A stretch of 49,200 nt of DNA from the NCBI GenBank assembly GCA_021802685.1, contig JAJZRM010000001.1:1-49200 (forward strand). The letters run 5' to 3'. Below are positions 44,982 through 49,200 of the stretch, piece by piece. The DNA is from Deltaproteobacteria bacterium. GTDB lineage: Bacteria; Desulfobacterota; Deferrimicrobia; Deferrimicrobiales; Deferrimicrobiaceae. The notes beneath the pieces were generated by a model. That model was given only the letters and a program-made list of their open reading frames with translations, ran no database searches and was not told the origin of the DNA. A program made the translations under genes and the position numbers. Position 1 is the stretch's first letter; the number at the start of each line of letters is the position of its first letter.

Positions 44982-45599
44982 TCATTTCAACTCCTCCGAC
45001 AGGGAACGCAGGAGCATTTCCCGCGTCCGGAAGATGCGTGTTTTCACCGCCTGCACCGTGATCCCCAGTATCCCGGCGGTCTCCTCGTAGGAGAATCCGT
45101 CTCCCCGGTTGAGGACGAATGCGGCGCGGTATCCTTCCGGGAGTTCCTGGAGCGCGGAAAGGAAACGCTCCTTCAGCTGGGAACCCCACATCACGGTTTC
45201 GGGGTTCCCTTCCGCCGGCGCGTGGAGCCGGATTTCCCTCGCATCGCCGTCCGGGTCTTCGGCGGAGGCGATCGGGATCTCTTCCCCCTCGACCGCGGTA
45301 TCCCGAAGGAAGTTCAGGGTGGCATGGCGTGCGATCGTGAACATCCATGTGGTGAACTTCGCCGTGGGCCGGTAGGTGCCGGCGGCGCGCGCGATCCGGA
45401 GGAAGATCTCCTGCGCCGCCTCTTCCGCGGAAGCGGCGTTGCCGGTCATCCGGTAGGCGAAGCGCACCACGGCCCGATGATGCCGGGAGAAGAGTTCCTC
45501 GAAGGCGTCCCGGCTTCCCTCCCGGAAGAGAAGCATCAACTCCTCATCGGTGCGCATCCGCCCGCCGGAGACCTTGGACGACGGTTTGTCCCGTTCCAC
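44982..45599 (-). CDS. ECF-type RNA polymerase sigma-70 factor
   Basis: Region 2: DEELMLLFREGSRDAFEELFSRHHRAVVRFAYRMTG.....AEEAAQEIFLRI. Region 4: LPEGYRAAFVLNRGDGFSYEETAGILGITVQAVKTRIFR. The start is GTG 45599, with ATG 45557 as alternative. Confidence 0.9.
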   Translation of the reverse strand: MERDKPSSKVSGGRMRTDEELMLLFREGSRDAFEELFSRHHRAVVRFAYRMTGNAASAEEAAQEIFLRIARAAGTYRPTAKFTTWMFTIARHATLNFLRDTAVEGEEIPIASAEDPDGDAREIRLHAPAEGNPETVMWGSQLKERFLSALQELPEGYRAAFVLNRGDGFSYEETAGILGITVQAVKTRIFRTREMLLRSLSEELK

Positions 45600-45614
45600 C
45601 CGCCGCGGAGCCGC

Positions 45615-45944
45615 CTACTTCGCCGTCTGGACGTCGTGTTTTTGCCTGTAGATGCGCCGACTCGCCTTGTTCTGGCGCTTATTCAGCCGGGCGCGCTCCG
45701 CAGGCGTCACCGACCCGTCCGCTTCGGCTCGTTTCTGCGCCCGTTCGATCCCCGCCTGCTCCCTTTCCAGCCGGATCGTCTCCCGGGGCGTCAGCTGGCC
45801 GCTTGCCGCTCCCTGCCCGATCCGCTGTTGCTGCAGATCCTGCCGTTTTTCCACCCGGGGCATCGCCGTATCGTCTCCAAGCGCGGGCGCCGCCGCCACG
45901 ACCGCCGCGAGCCCCAGGCAACAAACAACCGTTTTCCATGACAT
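45615..45944 (-). CDS. Small secreted basic helical protein (109 aa), first gene of the ECF module
   Basis: ATG 45944 lies 6 nt after GGAGGAG. Signal peptide MSWKTVVCCLGLAAVVAAAPALG. The mature part has two similar helical units (..SGQLTPRETIRLEREQ.. and ..DGSVTPAERARLNKRQ..). The family was not recognised. Confidence 0.6.
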   Translation of the reverse strand: MSWKTVVCCLGLAAVVAAAPALGDDTAMPRVEKRQDLQQQRIGQGAASGQLTPRETIRLEREQAGIERAQKRAEADGSVTPAERARLNKRQNKASRRIYRQKHDVQTAK

Positions 45945-46270
45945 CGTGTTCTCCTCCGGTCGTATTACGCGGTTCCTGCCGCGTTTACCCGTTGAAACCC
46001 CGGTTTCGCGGAAAAGTTTCCGGGGCGCCGCCGGCATCCGGGAGGATATTTCATCAAGATACTACTGGGGGACCGGCCGCCGGGCAAGCCCGCCGAGGGG
46101 ATGTTGGGGGTTGCAGGGGGGTGTAAAATGTTGATTCGGGCCAAGGCGACATTCAAGGGCGGGGCCTTGGAAGTCCGCGCCCCCAAGACCGGGGAGGCGG
46201 CCTGGCGAACCCGTAAAATAACCGTCGAGTAGATCAAGCCGGCCGGGCGCTTCGGGAGAGGCGGAGAGGG

Positions 46271-46978
46271 ATGGGTTTCATTCGACTTGTCGCGATCGTC
46301 GCGGCCGTCCTGTCGGCGCCGCTCCGTGCGGAATTGGCGAATGACGATCCGTTTATGCGGAAACGGGCGGAGATGGTGCGCGACCAGGTCGAGCGCGAAG
46401 GGATCTCCGATCCGAACGTCCTGGAGGCGATGCGGGACGTTCCCCGGCACCTCTTCGTTTCGCCGGAGCTTCGGGCGAGGGCATACGATCCTTTTCCTCT
46501 GCCCATCGGGGAAGGGCAGACGATCTCGCAACCTTACATCGTCGGTTTCATGACGCAGATCCTGCGCCTCAGGGAGACCGACCGCGTTCTCGAGGTGGGA
46601 ACCGGCTCCGGCTACCAGGCGGCGATCGCCGCGAAGATCGCCGCGGAGGTCTACTCCGTGGAGATCCTCGAACCCCTGGCCGTCCGCAGCCGGCGGACGC
46701 TCTCCGACCTGGGTTTCCGCAACGTCGCCGTCCGCCGGGGGGACGGGTATTACGGCTGGGAGGAAAAGGCGCCGTTCGACGCCATTATCGTGACCTGCGC
46801 GGGCGGACACATTCCCCCGCCCCTTCTGCGCCAGCTCGGGAACGGGGGCCGGATGATCATGCCCGTCGGCGGGCCGTTCATGACCCAGAACCTCGTCTTC
46901 ATCGAGAAGGACGTCCGGGGCGGCGTCACGCATCGAAATGTCCTTCCGGTCGCTTTCGTCCGCCTCCTTGGCCACTGA
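46271..46978 (+). CDS. pcm: Protein-L-isoaspartate O-methyltransferase with N-terminal hydrophobic signal/anchor
   Basis: VPRHLFV......AY.D.PLPIGEGQTISQPYIVGFMT, the SAM motif VLEVGTGSGYQAA, and FDAIIVT.A....P..L..QL..GGRMI.PVG. The N-terminus is MGFIRLVAIVAAVLSAPLRA. Confidence 0.9.
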   Translation: MGFIRLVAIVAAVLSAPLRAELANDDPFMRKRAEMVRDQVEREGISDPNVLEAMRDVPRHLFVSPELRARAYDPFPLPIGEGQTISQPYIVGFMTQILRLRETDRVLEVGTGSGYQAAIAAKIAAEVYSVEILEPLAVRSRRTLSDLGFRNVAVRRGDGYYGWEEKAPFDAIIVTCAGGHIPPPLLRQLGNGGRMIMPVGGPFMTQNLVFIEKDVRGGVTHRNVLPVAFVRLLGH

Positions 46979-49200
46979 CCGGGGCGCGAGGGCGAAAGAT
47001 GTCGTTCCGGCCGTCTTCTTCCTTTCCGCGGCCGCGCTGGCGAACGAGATCGTCCTCATCCGCCTCCTGTCGTGCCGGTTCTGGCCGCATTTCGTCCCGT
47101 TGATCGTCTCGCAGGCGATGCTCGGCTTCGGAGGCGCCGGCGTCGCGCTTCAGGTCGTCCGGCGGCGCGTCGAAAGGTCGCCGTACCGGGTCTTTGCATG
47201 GATGGTCCTTCTCGCCGCCCCGGCGTTCGATCTCGCGTTCCGCGCCTCGCAGCTCGTATCGTTCGATCCGTTCCTGCTGCTTTGGGATCCCGCGGCGTGG
47301 CCGCGGTTCGGGGTCTTCTTCTTCCTTCTCGCCGTTCCCTTCTTCCTTTCCGGCGGCGCGACGGCGATCCCGTTCGCGTTTCTGGGGCTTCGGCCCGGTC
47401 CGGTCTACGCGGCGTCCTTCGCGGGATCGGCGGCCGGCGCGCTCGCCGCGCTCGCGTTTCTCTCGCTTGCGCCGACCGGTTGGCTCTTGCGGCTTCCCCT
47501 TGCGCTCGGGGCGGCGGCGTGCGCCTTCGTCCTGTCGGACAAGGGAGGGGGATCGCGAAAGGGCCGCGCGGCCGCGCTGTGCGCCGTCCTCCTTCTCCTG
47601 GTCATCCCGCCCGCGGATCTCGAACTCTCGCCCTACAAGGACCTGGCGGCCGTCCGGAACCTGCCGGGGGCCCAAGAGATCGCTCGCCGCTTCGGAATAT
47701 CGGGCGATTACCGGGCCGTCTTCGCCCCGGGGATCCACAGCGCGCCGGGCTTGAGCGTCCGTTTCCCGGGAGAGATCCCGCCGCAGGCGGTGCTGTTCGC
47801 GGACGGCGAGCAGCGCGGAACCGTCCCGAAAGACGGCGGAGGGAAGCCTCCGGCGTATCTCGGATATTTTCCCGCCGTCCTTCCGTACCGGCTGGTCGAC
47901 CATCCTCGGGTCCTCCAGCTCGGCCTCCGGGGGACGGAAGGGGTGTTGACGGCCGCGGCGAACCTCGCTTCGTCCGTGACGGTCGTGGAACCCGCACGGG
48001 AACTCGTGCGGCTGGTCCGAGAGGACCTCTCGGGGTTCTCGGGGGGATGGCCGAAGTCTCTCCCCGTCGAGATCCGGGAGGAAGGGGCGCGCAACTTCCT
48101 CGCCAGGGACAGGCGGCTCTTCGACGTCATCGAGGCGCCGGACATTTCCTCGGCGACCTTTTCCTCGCTCGGGGTCCACTCGACCGGGGAGACGTTCCTT
48201 CTCACGCGCGAAGGGATCCGGGCGGCGCTCGCCCGCCTCGGGGAGGGCGGACTCCTCGCGTTTTCGGGGTGGCTCAAGGCCCCCCCGAGGGAGAACGTAA
48301 AGATCCTCCGCACGATCCGGGCGGAGCTTTCGGCCGCGGGCCTTGCGCCCGCCGCCGGCCGGGTCGCCGCGATCCGCGGATGGGGGACCTTTTCCGTGGT
48401 GGCGCGGCGCACACCGTTCCAGCCGGAGGAGATCGCCCGGGTGAGGCGATTCTGCTCCGAATACGGGTATTCGATGGTCTGGCCCGCGGCGGGCGCGGAA
48501 CCCGGAGGCGGAGCGGAGGAACGGGCGCTGCGCGAGGCCGTGTCCGATGCCATGACGGGGCCGCCCGGGGAACGCCGGAACGGACTCTTCGACCTTTCGC
48601 CGGTCACCGACGACTCGCCTTACTTCCATCGCTTTCTGCGCCTGCGGACCTTGCCCGAGTTCAAGCACATCCTCGGGAGCCAGTGGGTGCCCTTCGTGGA
48701 GTGGGGGATCGTGTTCCTCGTGCTCTCGCTGGGCGTGTCGCTCGTACTGGCGGCAGTGCTCCTGCTTGTGCCCGCCGCCTTCGCCCGGGACGGCACCGGG
48801 GAGGCGGGAAAGATCTCCGTGGCCGGCTATTTTTCCGCGATCGGGCTGGCCTACATGCTGGTGGAGCTCACTTTCCTCAAGGCCGGCATCCTTGTTCTCG
48901 GCGATTCCATTCGCGCCGCCAGCCTGGCGATCGGGGGGTTTTCCTTTTTCTCCGGGATCGGGAGCGCCGTGTCCGGACGATGGGAATCGGAGCGGAGGAT
49001 GAAACGGGTCTTCGCGGGCGCCGCGATATGCGCCGTGGCGGGGTTCGTCCTGCTTTCGGCCGCATCCCCCTCTCTGCTTCCGCGGGGGTGGGGGATACGG
49101 ACGGCCGCGTTCGTCGCGGCCCTCGCGCCGGCGGCGTTCCTGATGGGGATGCCGTTCCCCGCGGCGGTCTCACGCCTCGCCGCCGCGGGAGGTTCGGCGA
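46938..49200 (+). CDS. Large polytopic membrane protein with central spermidine-synthase/methyltransferase-like soluble domain (3' end outside window; not in ORF track)
   Basis: I translated the frame containing 47001 by hand and found no stop up to the window edge (over 750 codons). GC3 is high. The N-terminal TM bundle is ..VFFLSAAALANEIVLIRLLS..FVPLIVSQAMLGFGGAG... The central domain is ..RVLQLGLRGTEGVLTAAANLASSVTVVEPARELV...LFDVIEAPD... C-terminal TMs are ..WGIVFLVLSLGVSLVLAAVLLLV..GLAYMLVELTFLK... The start is provisional: ATG 46938 (41-nt overlap with pcm) or TTG 46968. Confidence 0.7.
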   Translation, partial: MSFRSLSSASLATDRGARAKDVVPAVFFLSAAALANEIVLIRLLSCRFWPHFVPLIVSQAMLGFGGAGVALQVVRRRVERSPYRVFAWMVLLAAPAFDLAFRASQLVSFDPFLLLWDPAAWPRFGVFFFLLAVPFFLSGGATAIPFAFLGLRPGPVYAASFAGSAAGALAALAFLSLAPTGWLLRLPLALGAAACAFVLSDKGGGSRKGRAAALCAVLLLLVIPPADLELSPYKDLAAVRNLPGAQEIARRFGISGDYRAVFAPGIHSAPGLSVRFPGEIPPQAVLFADGEQRGTVPKDGGGKPPAYLGYFPAVLPYRLVDHPRVLQLGLRGTEGVLTAAANLASSVTVVEPARELVRLVREDLSGFSGGWPKSLPVEIREEGARNFLARDRRLFDVIEAPDISSATFSSLGVHSTGETFLLTREGIRAALARLGEGGLLAFSGWLKAPPRENVKILRTIRAELSAAGLAPAAGRVAAIRGWGTFSVVARRTPFQPEEIARVRRFCSEYGYSMVWPAAGAEPGGGAEERALREAVSDAMTGPPGERRNGLFDLSPVTDDSPYFHRFLRLRTLPEFKHILGSQWVPFVEWGIVFLVLSLGVSLVLAAVLLLVPAAFARDGTGEAGKISVAGYFSAIGLAYMLVELTFLKAGILVLGDSIRAASLAIGGFSFFSGIGSAVSGRWESERRMKRVFAGAAICAVAGFVLLSAASPSLLPRGWGIRTAAFVAALAPAAFLMGMPFPAAVSRLAAAGGSA

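Noticed and set aside
45945-46270. The 326-nt divergent spacer, searched for an ECF-type promoter (GGAAC-N16/17-CGT), a sigma54 promoter (TGGCAC-N5-TTGC) or a small RNA.
   Set aside because: Only partial matches with wrong spacing were found (for example TGGCGA-N5-TAAA, or GGAAC too close to the RBS), along with short weak hairpins (GAAACCCCGGTTTC). Nothing is supportable without TSS data.
46926-48668. 580-aa minus-strand ORF listed in the track.
   Set aside because: It has an Arg/Glu/Pro/Gly-rich, non-globular translation. The plus frame opposite it encodes a convincing polytopic membrane protein, which the track omitted because it lacks a stop inside the window.
1-49200. Window-wide look for CRISPR arrays, tRNA/rRNA genes, IS elements, integrases, toxin-antitoxin pairs or phage or defence genes.
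   Set aside because: I saw no regularly spaced direct repeats, no transposase- or integrase-like ORFs and no cloverleaf-like or rRNA-like segments in the few non-coding gaps. Composition is uniformly high-GC apart from short promoter-like AT islands. The region looks like core chromosome.

Overview
Visibly high-GC, densely coding bacterial chromosomal segment of about 57 protein genes. I recognised no rRNA, tRNA, CRISPR array, transposase, integrase or phage-like gene. Gene order: (1) distal half of the dcw cell-division cluster, ftsW(partial)-murG-murC-murB-ddl-ftsQ-ftsA-ftsZ, followed 20 nt later by an uncharacterised radical SAM gene; (2) yjbQ and a repeat-built MshEN/T2SSE_N-only protein on the minus strand; (3) maf-yggS-proC-yggT-yggU; (4) a branched-chain amino acid / acyl-CoA neighbourhood: ilvE, FKBP isomerase, enoyl-CoA hydratase, DUF4126, CoA-transferase, MBL hydrolase, 2-oxoacid dehydrogenase E1alpha-E1beta-E2; (5) a cytoplasmic PAS-PAS hybrid histidine kinase translationally close-coupled to a LOG-family protein; (6) OMP, hemerythrin, NmrA, NAD-binding protein, MFS, dienelactone hydrolase, a purine-permease gene remnant, K+ channel, moaC, pterin dehydratase; (7) a NodT-MFP-RND efflux operon; (8) an oxidative-stress group: dodecin, Fur/PerR-like, rubrerythrin, pdxH, TrxR-like FNR; (9) HAD and an ACT-like protein; (10) a four-gene ECF sigma module; (11) pcm plus a large polytopic spermidine-synthase-like membrane protein. 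That last gene runs off the 3' edge and is absent from the supplied ORF track. Many long ORFs in the track are Arg/Pro/Gly-rich off-frame or antisense artefacts of the GC bias and were rejected. I see no clear multi-gene novel system such as a defence island. The most unusual element is a stand-alone protein made of three tandem MshEN-type c-di-GMP-binding modules. All family assignments come from motif recognition by eye. No database search was run. Start codons are the least certain coordinates.
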